Shown here in pieces: positions 19,076 through 37,340 of a stretch of DNA of 64,000 bases. The notes below the pieces were generated by a model. It did not search any database. It had not been told where the DNA came from and worked only from the letters and a program-made list of their open reading frames with translations. Source of the stretch: the human T2T-CHM13v2.0 reference genome, Homo sapiens; assembly GCF_009914755.1 (NCBI RefSeq), contig NC_060947.1; one strand, 5' to 3'. A program made the position numbers and the translations under genes. How positions within the stretch are numbered: position 1 is the first letter of the stretch; each line of letters starts with the position of its first letter.

Positions 19076-19709
19076 GTCTGTAGCATTTTTCATTTTATTT
19101 CTTCTTTTAGTAGAATCCATTGAGTATTGACATGAAGCAAGTAGATAAGCTTAACCTGTACTCATGAACAATGATGAAATAGGGAGCAGACTCATGACTG
19201 ATGTTTGCACTTACTAGCCCGTTCATGTACTCATCGACCTTAACAAGTGAAAAGCATAGAAGAACAAGGCTTTTCAGTGTATTTTCACTGAATATACTAA
19301 AGACATCCTTTATTTTAAGAAAATTTCAAAGAAAAATAGGCATAAACTGCCTGTAGGATTTGCATAAATAATAATGATATTAGCAAACAGACATTGAATG
19401 CTTCCTGTGAAATCATTATTTTTCTAATTGCTCCTTACGAAAGTGAAATAAAGGATGTTATGATACAAAGTATACGGATAAGGAAATTGAACCACAAGAA
19501 GGATAACAACACAGCTAAGACTTAATGGCATCAGAATTGAACTTAGGCAGTTTGTTTCCAGATGCTCTGCTTTTAAATCTTAATAAATGTTGCTGGACTA
19601 GACAGCCTTTAAGATGATCTAAATTATGCTTACAAATTAATATACAATATATAAATGTGTAATATATCTCTGTCAATCATCTAGCTATCTAGCTAGCTTT
19701 CTGTCTACT

Positions 19710-19711
<2 letters not shown>

Positions 19712-19747
<36 letters not shown>
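19712..19747. repeat. (TG)n microsatellite
   Basis: Direct read. Confidence 0.95.
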
Positions 19748-19750
<3 letters not shown>

Positions 19751-20221
19751 GCAATGGGTTAATTATCCAAAGGCTAATGATTTGTTTAAAGAATATTGAA
19801 AAAGATCAATTTTGTATGATAAACATAGTCCTTAGAATCTAGAGTCTACAATAATTAAAGCAATATAATTTCCCATCATAGATATATTTAACATTTGATG
19901 GTTAAATGTTATAGTGCTTGGAATTTTTTTTTTGTACTTTAAGTTCTAGGGTACATGTGCACAACATGCAGGATTTTTGCATATGTATACATATGCTGTG
20001 TTGGTGTGCTGCACCAGTTAACTCGTCATTTGCATTAGGTATATCTCCTAATGCTATCTCTCCCCCGTCCCCCCACCCCACAACAGGGCCTGGTGTGTGA
20101 TGTTCCCCTTCCTGTGTCCAAGTGTTCTCATTGTTCAATTCCCACCTATGAGTGAGAACATGCGGTGTTTGGTTATTTGTCCTTGCCATAGTTTGCTGAG
20201 AATGATGGTTTCCAGCTTCAT

Positions 20222-21869
<1,648 letters not shown>

Positions 21870-21932
21870 TATGATGTTAGCTGGTTATTTTGCTCATTAG
21901 TTGATGCAGTTTCTTCCTAGTGTCAATGGTCT

Positions 21933-22945
21933 TTACAATTTGGCATGCTTTTGCAGTGGCTGATACCAGTTTTTCCTTTCCATGTTTAGTGCTTCCTTCA
22001 GGAGCTCCTACAGGGCAGGCCTGGTGGTGACAAACTCTCAGCATTTGCTTGTCTGTAAAGGATTTTATTTCTCCTTCACTTATGAAGCTTAGTTTGGCTG
22101 GATATGAAATTCTGGGTTGAAAATTCTTTTCTTTAAGAATGTTGAATATTGGCCCCCACTCTCTTCTGGCTTGAGAGTTTCTGCCGAGAAATCAGCTGTT
22201 AGTCTGATGGGCTTCCCTTTGTGGGTAACCCGACCTTTCTCGCTGACTGCTCTTAACATTTTTTCCTTCATTTCAACTTTGGTGAATCTGACAATTATGT
22301 GTCTTGGAGTTGCTCTTCTCAAGGAGTGTCTTTGTGGCATTCTCTGTATTTCCTGAATTTGAATGTTGGCCTGCCTTACTAGGTTGGGGAAGTTCTCCTG
22401 GATAATATCCTGCAGAGTACTTTCCAACTTGGTTCCATTCTCCCCGTCACTTTCAGGTACACCAATCAGACATAGATTTGGTCTTTTCACATAGTCCCAT
22501 ATTTCTTGGAGGCTTTGTTCATTTCTTTTTATTCTTTTTTCTCTAAACTTCTCTTCCTGCTTCATTTCATTCATTTGATCTTCAATCCTGATACCCTTTC
22601 TTCTAGTTGATCGAATCAGCTACTGAAGCTTGTGTATTCATCACGTAGTTCTCGTGCCATGGTTTTTAGCTCCATCAGGTCATTTAAGGACTTCTCTACA
22701 CTGGTTATTCTAGTTAGCCATTCATCTAATCTTTTTTCAAGGTTTTTAGCTTCTTTGTGATGGGTTCGAACTTCCTCCTTTAGCTCGGAGAAGTTTGATC
22801 GTCTGAAGCCTTCTTCTCTCAACTCGTCAAAGTCATTCTCCATCCAGCTTTGTTCCATTGCTGGCGAGGAGCTGTTTTCCTTTGGAGGGGGAGAGGTGCT
22901 CTGATTTTTAGAATTTTCAGCTTTTCTGCTCTGTTTTTTCCCCAT
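21933..22945 (-). pseudogene. L1 ORF1p, disrupted
   Basis: ORF pieces 22616-22945 and 22089-22574 (EIWDYVKRPNL, RHIIVRFTKVEMKEK); premature stop and frameshift. Confidence 0.9.
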
Positions 22946-23520
22946 CTTTGTGGTTTTATCTACCTTTGGTCTTTGATGATGGTGATGTACAGATGTGGTT
23001 TTGGTGTGGATGTCCTTTCTGTTTGTTAGTTTTCCTTCTGACAGTCAGGACCCTCAGCTGCAGGTCTGTTGGAGTTTGCTGGAGGTCCACTCCAGACCCT
23101 GTTTGCCTGGGTATCAGCAGCGGAAGCTGCAGAACAGCGAATATTGCTGAACAGCAAATGTTGCTGTTTGATCGTTCCTCTGGAAGCTTCGTCTCAGAGG
23201 GATACCCAGCTGTGTGAGGTGTCAGTCTGCCCCTACTGGGGGGTGCCTCCCAGTTAGGCTACTCAGGGGTCTGGGACCCACTTGAGGAGGCAGTTTGTCT
23301 GTTCTCAGATCTCAAGCTCCATGCTAGGAGAACCACTACTCTCTTCAAAGCTGTCAGACAGGGACATTTAAGTCTGCAGAGGTTTCTGCTGCCTTTTGTT
23401 CAGCTATGGCCTGCTCCCAGAAGTGGAGTCTACAGAGGCAGGCAGGCCTCCTTGAGCTGTGGTGGACTCCACCCAGTTTGAGCTTCCAGGCTGCTTTGTT
23501 TACCTATTCAAGGCTCAGCA

Positions 23521-23697
23521 ATGGTGGGTGCCCCTCCCCCAGCCTCGCTGCCACCTTGCAGTTCGATCTCAGACTGCTGTGCTAGCAATGAGCAAGGTTC
23601 CATGGGTGTAGGACCCTCCAAGCCAGGCACAGGATATAATCTCCTGGTGTGCTGTTTGCTAAGACCATTGGAAATGTGCAGTATTGTGGGGGAGTGA
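23521..23697 (+). pseudogene. L1 ORF0 homologue (antisense ORF of the 5' UTR), 58 codons, prematurely terminated
   Basis: gcaATGG start; MVGAPPPASLPPCSSISDCCASNEQGSMGVGPSKPGTGYNLLVCCLLRPLEMCSIVGE*. Confidence 0.75.
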
Positions 23698-23871
23698 CCC
23701 GATTTTCCAGGTGCCATCTGTCACACCTTCCTTTGGCTAGGAAAGGGAATTCCCTGACCCCTTTTGCTTCCTGAGTGAGGCAATGCCTCACCCTGCTTCG
23801 GCTCACGCTCGGTGGGCTGCACCCACTGTCCTGCTCCCACTGTCCGACAAGCCCCAGTGAGGTGAACCTAG

Positions 23872-24267
<396 letters not shown>

Positions 24268-24276
24268 TAAATTCCA

Positions 24277-24590
24277 ATTTAATTTAATTAATTATTAAAT
24301 TAAATTTTTAATTTAATTAATTATTAAATTAAATTTTTAATTTAATTAATTATTAAATTAAATTTTTAATTTAATTAATTATTAAATTAAATTTTTAATT
24401 TAATTAATTATTAAATTAAATTTTTAATTTAATTAATTATTAAATTAAATTTTTAATTTAATTAATTATTAAATTAAATTTTTAATTTAATTAATTATTA
24501 AATTAAATTTTTAATTTAATTAAATTAATTATTAGATTAATTTTTAATTTAATTTAATTAATTATTAAATTATAATTAAATTATTAAATT
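24277..24590. repeat. Almost pure AT minisatellite, 29-bp unit aatttaattaattattaaattaaattttt
   Basis: About 7-8 near-perfect units plus degenerate ends. Confidence 0.92.
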
Positions 24591-24869
24591 GTGGTTCAAA
24601 GCAGTCACTTGCTCCTTCTGATTAAAAAATGAAGAATGGAAATGTAATTTACTACAAGAAACAATGTATTGGTTGAGAAATTATTGAGACCGTTGCTCAT
24701 CTTTATTATTCACCTTAGCATATTCTCTGTTTACTATGCTCTTGTGTATACCAGAATGTATGTTTCTCACACAGGAAGATGGTATTAAACATCATAGTAT
24801 TCTGATTTCTAAAAACATTAATTTCGACAATATTCTTCCTCTCAAGGATTCTTATAAAATTCTGTTTTA

Positions 24870-24919
24870 CATATATATGTATGTGTATATATACATATAT
24901 GTGTGTGGTTATGTGTATG

Positions 24920-24959
<40 letters not shown>

Positions 24960-24985
24960 TACACATATATGTTTATGTATATGTA
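24870..24985. repeat. (TA)/(TG)/(CA) compound microsatellite
   Basis: Direct read. Confidence 0.9.
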
Positions 24986-25371
24986 CAAGTTTAATGTTTA
25001 TAACTTTAATGACAATGAAATTGAATTTAAAACTGAAGTGAAAAATATCTTATGTCTTAGCAATAATAAGTTAGCACCCCAGTAATAAACAAGTATTATT
25101 CTTTATTTTTCAGGAAATGACACTTGGATCTTTTAACAACACTCTTTGTTTTTCCAGTTTTTGAACTGCATTGCTTTATTTTGATCAACCTAGTGACTAC
25201 ATTTAACCTCTCATCACCTTTAAATAAACTGAGCGTCATTCAGTTAGGTATAATACTATGCAGGATTGTGTCAATGTATATGCAAGAATTTGAGTTTGAA
25301 AACTGAATTCACTAGTGGAAGAAAGTGCTATAACAACTAGTGCAATTGTATCCTATTACCTAATTTCTGAT

Positions 25372-27520
25372 CCTGTAGTAGGTTCACTTTCCTGCCCTAT
25401 GATTACGTGAGTTGTTGTGGTCAATGAAATATAACAGTGACATGTGACACTTCAGTGTGAAAGCTTGAAGGGCTAGGGAATTATAGGCCTCATTATCTTT
25501 CTCTTGCTAAAGTGATCATAAAAGTACATGATGCCTCTGTCATCTCAGGTCCCTGTTTAGTAACAATAAGCCAAGACCCCCTGTCAATTTACATTTGACA
25601 TATATCATATGTAAGAAATAAACTTTATTTTCTTCCAGTAGCAGGGATTATTGTTATTGCAGTATAATCTTGCCCATCCTGGATGGCACTGAACTACTCC
25701 AAAGAGTATGACTCTCCTATAGCAAAACCCCTAAAATAGCCTACATTCAAGACAGTGAAGGGCTAAGAAATTATTACTGAAAGAAAAAAGGAAGCTGATT
25801 GATAATATGCATCAGTGTAATATTTGGCAAAACTCTCAACTGCAATAACATAAAAATTAGATCAGGTACCTAATGAACTTACAGCCCCAAGGAAAGAAAA
25901 GAAAGAATAAAATGTTAGTAATGAGTGTTGGTTGCTGTTGGTTATGTTTACAAGGTGTTACAAGAAATTGGTAAGCACACAAAATAATCAGATGATTTGC
26001 AAGCAAGAATGAAAAAAGTATAGAAAATCCTTAAATTTAAGGACATGTAGGGTTGAAAAGTCAAGTGATTCTCAAAACCAATTAGTGATAGATATTTTTA
26101 AGCAATACTTTGAGCAACAAAGGGCTGATTAAAACTCAGAAGTGAATTGCATGAAGGATTAAATCAAGAATTGGTCATCACACAAATTGTTGAAACATAT
26201 GAATTGTTCAAATTATATCACAGTAAGTATCTGAACCTCACAATAAAGATTGTGATACAAAGAAACTCCCTTCAGCTAAACAAAATATCTTGGGAAAAAG
26301 AGAATAACATTGTAGTCTCATGGTACACAGAATTAAGTTCATGGGTATAGGGACAGAGTCTAAAAATCAAGGAACAATAACAAATAGAAGAATTTTGTTA
26401 AGCAAAAAATGGGTGTGACCATTGGCACACACAGCTTAGTGAAATTAAATAGAAGCTTGCTGATTGTTTTTGGAAAGAGCCTGGAATAAAAGAGACTAAC
26501 AGACAAAATCACATTTGGTTCTCCAATTTTATATGAAAAGAAAGCAGTTTGAAAATAACTGGATAAAGAGAACATATTCTTAGATGCCCAATGTAGGTGT
26601 GAACAAAGTGAATAATAGAAAAGGAAGGGCCTCTCAGGGGAAGAACCAATTGCTGGGAAGGACAATATCCTAAGGAGCAGAATTGGAGTTCAACAAAAAA
26701 AACATTATCTACCCAATGTACAGAAGTCCCTTGCAAGATCTTCCCAGCAAGATCATAGAACTAAAATGCATAAATGATTGCTGTATACTCCCCCCCCAAA
26801 CCCCGCCATTCTTCTGTTTTCTATACAGGAGAACTTATTGTATATATCTTGTCCCTGTTCCACAAGTATATATTGGTTGAGTGTAGAGCAGATAATCCTA
26901 CCTTTGGTCATAAGTTTTCAAATCAAGAGGAGCAAGCAGATTTGATGTGGGCTACTGCACGTCATCTGGTGTAGTGGAGATTACTGATCTTCAGCCAGAG
27001 GTAATTGTATTTAAGTTTTACTGGACTTGAAAAAAACTCTTGTGTGGTGCCTCAAGGAAAGAGTATATTCACTTTGCCTACAGGATGGAGACAAATTGAT
27101 GTTTTGTCCAGAACGTGGATTGTGGTAGTCACCTGAGCAGTTCAAATATTTCCTGCTGTCCGCCTTACAGGTACATTGTAGAATTACACTCACTCATTGA
27201 ATTGAGGTACGGTCATATTATTTGCTTTGCAAATGAAAAGTAGGTGAAAGTGATATATGCTACCCCTGGGCAGAAGACAAGAAATAGTCTATCATTCTAG
27301 ACATTTTCTCCTCCCTGCAGAGGTGATCATGAAAGCTTAGGATGAGAGGGAGAGTCTTGAAGTCTGGTTTGCTTAGTGAATGCAGACTTCCCATTTCTCC
27401 CCTGATGACCAGTATTGGCCATGTATCGTAAGCAAGAACCAAAATTTCTTATGCTAAATCACAAAGATTTGTGGAGTTTTTGTTACAGTAGCATAACCTG
27501 ACATGTAGTGGCTGATTCTG
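25372..27520 (+). mobile_element. Old MLT1 MaLR relic: LTR, internal region, LTR
   Basis: MLT1-like ends (ttgttattgcagtataatct at ~25650; ttgttacagtagcataacctgac at ~27480) flanking MLT-int-like sequence. Confidence 0.5.
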
Positions 27521-27540
27521 AAAGTGTGTAAGAATGAGCA

Positions 27541-27898
27541 TGTATTAGTCTGTTCTCACACTTCTAATAAAGACATACCCAAGACTGGGTAATTTATAAA
27601 GGAAAGACGTTTAATTGGCTCGCAGTTCCACATAGCTGGGGAGGCCTCACAATCATTCAGAAGGCGAATGTGGAGCGAGGTCATGTCTTACACGGCAGCA
27701 GGCAAGCGGGCATGTGCAGGGGAACTCCCCTTTATAAAACCATCAGATCTCATGAGACTTATTCACTATCATGAGAACAGCATGGGAAAATCCCACCCCA
27801 CTGATTCAATTACCCGCCTTGGGTCCTTCCTATGACACATGGGGACTCTTACAATTCAAGGTGAGATTTGGGTGCAGACACAAAGCCAAACCATATCA
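27541..27898 (-). mobile_element. THE1 solo LTR
   Basis: tgtattagtc...aaaccatatca; TSD gagca/gaaca. Confidence 0.9.
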
Positions 27899-29058
27899 GA
27901 ACACATATGTTGAATTAATCCCATTAAAATATGGCCATATAGAAAATGTTCTTTTACTACACCAACAATAAAAATTGGAAATATAAAAGCACTAGAAACT
28001 TTGAATAGTTTATGCAAAATAATCTGTAAATAAGTGTGTTTCCTTGATTTCCTGGTGCCAAAAACTGTCTGAGAAATAGAGAACATTATACCCACAGGAA
28101 CATTGCTTTAATCAAAGAGATATAAACAAAAGACAAGGATAAACAATCCAGTATTTGAGGGGCTACATCTGTTTTCCATCTATGTGTTTGAGAATAGATT
28201 CTGGTCCTTAAGGCCATAAAAAGTGTACAAGCCATAATGGGAGGCTTATTTTCAAGTTACAGTTCATACATTCAGGGATATGTGCTAGGGATAGATAACA
28301 GGCATTGTGTACCTAGATGTCTCTAGGCACCATATATCGAAAAGGAATTCTAATCACAAAGGATGAGCCACTAGCTAAAAAGCTTTGAACCTTGCTAAAA
28401 TTATCATGAGATGTTATATTGCTAACCTGATCAAAGAATTGGAAGTTAAATTATAAATACATGATTTTAATACAGATAGAGGGATGGATAGATAAATTGA
28501 TATCGATATATATATATATATATTTCCTAATAATTTTCATTGAGTGAGTCTAAAGCAATGACTGCTCTAGTGGGGCAATAAGCACACCCAGGGTAGTAGC
28601 AATGAGTGCACCTACAGTCATATCTTGGTTTCTAAATACTATTCTTTACTAAAAGGAATAAGAGCTCCTTAGATAAATGGCAGATTGCAGGGCTGGAACT
28701 GGGAAAGTATAAGATGAGCCTGGAACATCCCGCTATGCCATAAAGTAAATAAATGCTCAGAGAATTGAAAGGAACATATCAAAAGGACACAGGCACCAAT
28801 CTGAAAGGGCTTCCACTAGCCAAATCTGAGACAATTTGAGAAGCCAAATAAATGGTGATAGCAGTGAATTATAAACCATAGAGAAAAATAACCCATGAGT
28901 CCTATTAATGGAAGAGTAAATGAATAAATGACTGAGAAAGCAAAGCTCTTTGTTATAAATATAAGAGATGATGGAAGTAGAAAATCACTATTTGGCAGCT
29001 ATCATAGCAGCACTTGTTTCTGTTAGGAATTATAAACAGATACCAAAATCAATGAAGG

Positions 29059-29850
<792 letters not shown>

Positions 29851-30332
29851 AAAACATTTTTAAAATAAAAAAAAATTAGATTAGTAAAAATGGGGAAATG
29901 TATTTACATAGTATTAAGATATTTATTAATTACAAAATATCCACCTTATAATAAAGAAGCCAGATGCATATCACTTTCACCAAATAATTAATGTTAACCT
30001 TGTCATTAGTGAGTCAAATATGCATTGTGTACTTCATGCTATGATACATTGACAGTGATATATCATATCTGGTGTATTCTTGACAAAAATGCACAAGGTC
30101 AATTTAAACAAGACAAAAAACCTGAACTGATTGACATGGTATAAAATAGTTTATACTCTTCAAAAATATCAACATACTTAAAGCTTGAGAAACTCTTCCA
30201 GATTAAAGGAAATGCGTGAGACAGAACAATTAAGTTCAAATTGTAATTCTGAATTGCATATTGGACTGAATTTTATTTTTTATAATGGATGTTAAGGAAC
30301 AATTGGCAAAATTTGAATAAAGAGTGTTTACA

Positions 30333-30659
<327 letters not shown>

Positions 30660-30999
30660 GTGTTTTTGCATTGATGTCAATATCTCGACTTTGATAATTG
30701 TACTTTGTTTATGTAAGAGAATGTTCTTGTTTTTATGAAAACACATTGTAAGTATTTAGAAGCATCATAACTGCAACTTATTCTCAAAAGTCCCAGATAG
30801 TTCAAAAATATGTAGATAGATACATATATACGTGCATGCATACATACTTACAAATAAGTAGAGAATAACGAAGTAGTTGTTATTCACCAAATTTAACATT
30901 TGGGAAATCCAGGTAAAGGTGGTTTGGGTAACACATTCTTTTTGCTCTAAGCCTGAATTATATGACAAAATGATTCCAAGTTCAAAGTTTTATCTTCTG

Positions 31000-32310
31000 C
31001 CTTTATTTTACTTGACTTCTCTTTCACATTTGACATTGTTCACCAATTCTTCTCTTGAGAAACCGTATTTCTTGAATTTGATGATACTGAATTCTGTGAT
31101 ATTAGAAGCACTTCTTCAGGCGATTTCGAAGACACTGATTTTCCCTAGGGTTTCTGGTCTTTTTGGTCTACACATTCCCTAAATAATAACATCTAGTTCT
31201 GTGGCTTACACTACCACATAGGAAGTTAAGGATTCCCAAATTTATATTTCAAGTCCAGATTTTTCCCTGTGCTCCTTACTCTTTTAACCAATTTCTTACT
31301 GGATGCTTTCTTCTCAATTTTCCATAGGGAGTTTATACTGAAATGTTCAAAGCTGTACATATTATTTTTCTTTTGAAACCCAATTGCTTCTTTTGTGTTC
31401 CTATACTTATTGATTGCATCAGTCACTGCAGTAAAAAACACAGCAGCATCCTAAGTTGTATTCACCAAATTCTATGCGGAAAATACTTTAAACTCTCTAG
31501 TCTTTACACTAACATTCATTCATTCAACAAATATTTATTTTCTATGTATTTGGCACTGGGACTAGAGCGGTGAACAAGATGTATGTAGCTCGGTCTTTTT
31601 TCTGTTAATATTTTTAATTGGCAAATCATAATTATATGTATTTATGCTCAGTCTTGATTATGCTTGCTTTCTATTGGAAAAAGTAGACAATTAGATGTAA
31701 GTCATCTTTTTCACTCAAAGAACACATCTATTTATATTACCAAGTAACAGATTCAGTGTCAAAAATCTGAGAACTCTAGGGTAAAAAAGAAAAATTAAAT
31801 CATCTCTTATCACATCGCCATCATAATTATGACATTTACTGTTACCATTTACTGCCACTGTCACCAGAGTGATGGCTTTAAAAAGCAGTTCTGATCATGT
31901 CATACCATTTCCCTGATTAAGATTCTTCAGTAGCCCACTACTGGCTATAGGAAAACCTCTAACACCTTGGCAAGGCTTCACAGCTGTTTACAGCCTTGCC
32001 TCTGCTTACCTAAAGGTACATTTTGCTTTTTTGTCCTACTCTCACCCCTCCTCTTCCTCATATTCTTCGGAGCCATCCTGAATAACTTCATGGTGCCAGA
32101 GTGCTATACTGTTGTATGTTCTGCTGAGATACCATTGGACCTGGTGCATGTATTTACTATAAAGCAAATAACATCAAATTTCAGATATTTATTTATCTTT
32201 CTTTACTGAGCTCACGCAAGTAAAAGAGACTTATTGATCTTTAAGTTTCCAATATTTACCATACCTGAGGCATAGTAGGAGTCCACAAATATATGTTGAA
32301 ATAATGAAAT
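31000..32310. mobile_element. L2 fragments, both orientations
   Basis: cattcattcattcaacaaatatttatt at ~31513; gcatagtaggagtccacaaatatatgttgaa at ~32270. Confidence 0.55.
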
Positions 32311-32954
32311 AAAAACACAGTTACGTATTATTCATTAATATAAAGAACAAATAAGATGTAATATTTTGAACTGTAGAATTTTGTCATTGCAATTTGTTAC
32401 TGGGAAAAATTTGCATTCTGTTCTGAGGGACATATATAATTACTGATCTCCAATATCATCATAATTTAAACATTCTTACTAAAAGTCGTCTTTGTCATTG
32501 GTTTTATGCTATAAAAATACTACCTCCATAAATATGGCATCCCAGATAGACTATTACCTTCTATAAAAATGTACTTATCACCTTTTAAATTCTTATTCGT
32601 TTAACATTCTATTTACTTCTACTGAGGAACGAAACCCAACTAATTAATAAATAAATGAGCCAATAAATTAATTAACTATGTTTTTAAACTCTCTACTTTG
32701 ACCAATGTACTTCAAGCTTGGCCCTTGGCCAGGACTGTTTATAAGGTGAACTAGGTTTCTAGTGTTCTTCTTTTGGAATGGTTAGTTACTGTTTGAAACT
32801 AAGAGTTAAAATATAGCTTTTTAATACTTCTTAGTTCTTTATGGAAATAACAGAATATAAAAAAATCCACCACTTACAGAATCACCTCTAAGGAGGATAT
32901 GGTATAGGCCACCTTATTTTTAGTTGTTATATTTTGAAATGAAAATAAAACTTT

Positions 32955-33299
32955 TGTTGCAGAACTTTACTCCTTAGTTCAGCTAAAACTGTGTTCTTGT
33001 CACACGACCAGGGAAGACCTGGCGTGTGGACACATTGAAGGGTGAGTAGAACAGAATTGACTGGGCAAAAAGGAAAAATAGGAAAAAAAAAACTCTCAGC
33101 AAGGTGAGAGGGGATCCTGCCAGTGGGCTCCCATCTCACAGACTGAATTCCAGCCCACCATACATGAACCGAAGAGGCCCAGCTCAAGCCCCCTGCACAA
33201 GGCATGAACGTCCCATGGCTCCACCCCGTTCTCCTGGTGCACAGGCGGGTCAGAGATTATCTGGGGACCCTCCACCTTATCTGCCACCTGCATCTATCA
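32955..33299. mobile_element. ERV1 solo LTR (MER61-like)
   Basis: TG...CA termini with 4-bp TSD cttt; GC-rich island. Confidence 0.7.
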
Positions 33300-34802
33300 C
33301 TTTGAGGGAACCCTCATGCCTTTTCTTTCCATGTAAGTACTTGGGAATAAAAACCAAAACTGTTTATTGCCTTTCTCATTTGATAAATACATATCAAACT
33401 TATGATTATTTCTCGTACCCTCTCCCAAAATAAGAGGTTTTTTTAATTGCTATTTGCAAACTGTAAACATTTTTATTGGCAGGTAGAGGTGTTCTGTAAA
33501 TGGAATCAATGTGACAGTTTGTATAGTTGGCATATTTTAAAAATTGTGTTTTTACTGAACATATAAAAAATGAATTTACAGTAAGAGCAACAACATGTAA
33601 AAGTCAAAACAAAAGTGAATAGAGCATTGGTTAGAAGTCTTTCTGTTGGTAGGAAAGGGTAGGGCACATATGAAATCATAAAGAATAAAGTCTTCACTTT
33701 ATGTTATTTCAGATTGTTTATTTCCTTTGTTAATTACAGTTTAAGCACAGAAATAGAAAAAAATCAACTATAAAAGTGTGGTAGTAAATCATTTACATAA
33801 CATCTAATTTTACAGCCTATGAGGATTTTGTGTTAAATATTTAATGACGGAATATGGTAAAGAGTTGGAAATTCTAGTTAAAGTTTGACAATTTGGTTAA
33901 AACAATGGAGCAAAATGAATTGAGAAGCTAAATTGTGTTTTATTGTTTAAATACAATTTTAACCATTTCAAACTACTTATATCTTTCTAGACTCTTTGTA
34001 AGCCATTCATAATCTGGCAAAGGAGAGAGATTTACAAACTGATTACACCATAATGTGGTAAATGCACTGATGAAGGAACATGACAGGGGATTTTAAAAAG
34101 TGGCATATGTTCTACTGTATGTGCACATGTATTTCCACACATGCATCTGGGCTGGTTTTACAGAGAAGGCAGAATTTTTTCTGCATATTAAAGATTGCAA
34201 AGGAATATGTAAGGCAGAGATTGGTGAGGAGAGGAAATATGTTTCAGCTCATGCAAAGACGCTGAGGTATGGATAAGCTTGGAATATTTAGCAACTGGTG
34301 AGAAATTGATATGTATTACCAACAGCATTTTATGTTATCCATTATCCTCAAAAGAATGTTTTTCCCAATATTATTTCACCATATGATCCTTTGCTCAAAT
34401 ATAATAATACTTGGAAACCCTATTTTTGAACAAATTATCTCAGATAATCCCAGAAACAGATGTTTTGTGTGATTAGGGTCTACAAAAAACCCTCCACCTC
34501 CCTAGTCCCTTCAGGTGATCTCTGAAGAGATTCAAAGAAACCCTTAAATATCACCCTGGAACAGTTTGAAATTCACTTTCCTGGGTCATCTGGCCCAATA
34601 TTATTTGTATGCAAATTTCCCTCTAGTTTACCTATTTGTCATGCAGAAATTCTGAGCTATCAAATAATATTTTTAATTACCTGTATACCACAGTGGAGTT
34701 TTAGTACCACAACTCTTTGCAATTTAATTAGTCATACCAGTAAGAATGGGCTAGATTATGTAGATTATGCTGTTGTAACAAACAAACCCCAAGCCTTAGT
34801 AG

Positions 34803-35127
<325 letters not shown>

Positions 35128-35440
35128 AAAAATTTATTTTTTACTCATGCTATATGACACAGGGAACTAAAGGCTTTGCTCATATTTATACACTCAGGGA
35201 CCCAGGCTGATAAAAGTACTTTCTCAACAACTTCTTCCATGATAGACTTGACAGAGAGAAGAGACTTTTGAAAATCACTTATTGTCCCTTAAATCCGCCA
35301 CAGAAGAGACATATTTCATTTACATTTCACATTTTACTGGTCAAATAAATGCACAAATCTATGCCGAACTTAAGCAGTGTCAGGGAAATGTAATCCTAAT
35401 GTGTACCTGAAAGTATACCAATACTGATCAAACTGCACTG

Positions 35441-35584
35441 ACTTTTGTTTTGTTTTGTTTTGCTTTTGTAGATAAAGTCTTGCTTTGTTGCCCAGGCTAG
35501 TCTTGAACTCCTGGGCTCAAATTATCCTCCCGCCTTGGCCTCCCAAAGTACTAGGATTACAGGCATGAGCCACCATGCCCCGCC
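35441..35584 (-). mobile_element. FLAM / free left Alu monomer
   Basis: Single arm; flanks ca(c/g)tgacttttgt. Confidence 0.8.
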
Positions 35585-36854
35585 AGCAGTGACTTTTGTA
35601 CTACCCATACCTGTTATTTATAGTGATGAACTTCCTCTTAAATTGAAAATATATTTGATTTATATCAAAAATGTTTTTGCATGTGTGTGATTAAGAAATT
35701 TATGGGGTTTTCTTGGGGGGAAGAAGAGCTTCAAAAATTAATAGAAAACTAAACAGGCAACTTGGTCTTGGCTATAACTTGAAAACATTGATTGACCTAT
35801 GGCAGAAGATTATTAGATAAAAGGAAAATAATTCAGTACAAGCAGAGAGAAAATAAAATACAAAGCAAAAACTAGAGGGAGAGACAATCAATGGACTAAT
35901 AGTATGGTGCCTTTCTGTCTGTGATGTACTTCCTAACCTATCTTATTTAACACCTGAATATTGAATACTACATACATGTGGTTTCATCTTTTTAAACTAT
36001 ATCTTTCTAACAATGCTTGAAGGCAATCTTTCCAATATTTATTTGAAGATTAAATCATCAAAATTTTTTTGAGAGAATCTACATTGTGTGTCTGTGTGTA
36101 TGCACACAGACACAGTTAGCTAGTAAAGTTAATCTTAGTTAAGTGCAGAAAATTATGTGATATATATCCAGTGTAAAGTTTAAACAAATTCTTCTTTGTT
36201 AAGGGATGTTGGTGTTGCCAACATCCAGAAGGCACTGTATGTAGAGCCTTTATCTAGATTGAGGTCTCAATCCTGTATTGAAGCCTGTAGCTCTCACCTG
36301 TTGTACCTTCTGTGTTCCACATTTTATCATGCTGTGTTAGTTCCTTTAGGCTATCAGAAATGTTAATTGTGGTCATTTGTCAGTGTCCTTCTGCTTGCAG
36401 TTGCTTTCATTTCAGTCCTTAAAATCTCTCTTCCTGGATACAGAATTAATCAGCTGTGCTACTAGGTCAATCACTGTTACTACTTCTCTTCCTAATCGCT
36501 GTTTCACTTGTTTGTGTGATACCAGAACTGACACTGACACTGGAAGCCACAAACCTCTTGTCTGTTACAACTCTCAATTGTGCCATCCTTTTTACTGCTG
36601 CCTAGTTTTCTGCTGCAGTTGGGATATTTTATAGGCTTCTCTTACTTGAGTTGAAAAGTACATTATTTTCCAAAAGACATTTTTCCTTCCCTCTAAACGG
36701 TAAATTTAACAACATTTACAGCACACCTATTTTGGCAGATACTGCGCTAATTGCTAAAGATTTGGAAATAGATGGAATATGATCCCTGTCCATATGCTCC
36801 CAGTATATCTTAAGGGTTCTAATGCAGAAGCAGCCAAACAGGTCCCTTAAAAAA

Positions 36855-37340
36855 GAAACATGGATGAGCTCGGAGGACATTATATTAAGTGAAATAAGGC
36901 ATGCACAGAACGATAAATACTGCATGTTCTCACTTATGTAGAAGCTAAAAACACTGATCTCATAGAAGTAGATAGTAGAATAGTGGTTACTAGAGGCTAA
37001 GAAGGGTGTGGGGGTGAAGGGAAAAGCCAGAGGATGGTTAATGGATATATAAGTACAATTAGATAGGAGGAATAAGTTCTAGTGTTCTATATCACTATAG
37101 GATGACTACAATAAAAATTTATTGCATATTTTCAAATTGCTGGAAGAGTGGATTTTGAATGTTCTCAACACAAATGAAATGATAAATGTTTGAGGTGATG
37201 GATATACTAATTACCTTGATTTGATCATTACACATTGTGTACATGTACTGAAATATTAATATCACACATTAAGTCCCCCATAATATGTACAATTATTATG
37301 TGTTAATTAAAAAATAATAACAATTTAGAAAAATAATACA
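36855..37340 (+). mobile_element. L1MA 3' end
   Basis: acatggatgagctcggaggacattatattaagtgaaataag...tatgtacaattattatg. Confidence 0.85.

Noticed and set aside
24277-24590. 29-bp periodic array as CRISPR-like
   Set aside because: Head-to-tail units with no unique spacers, no cas genes, human context.
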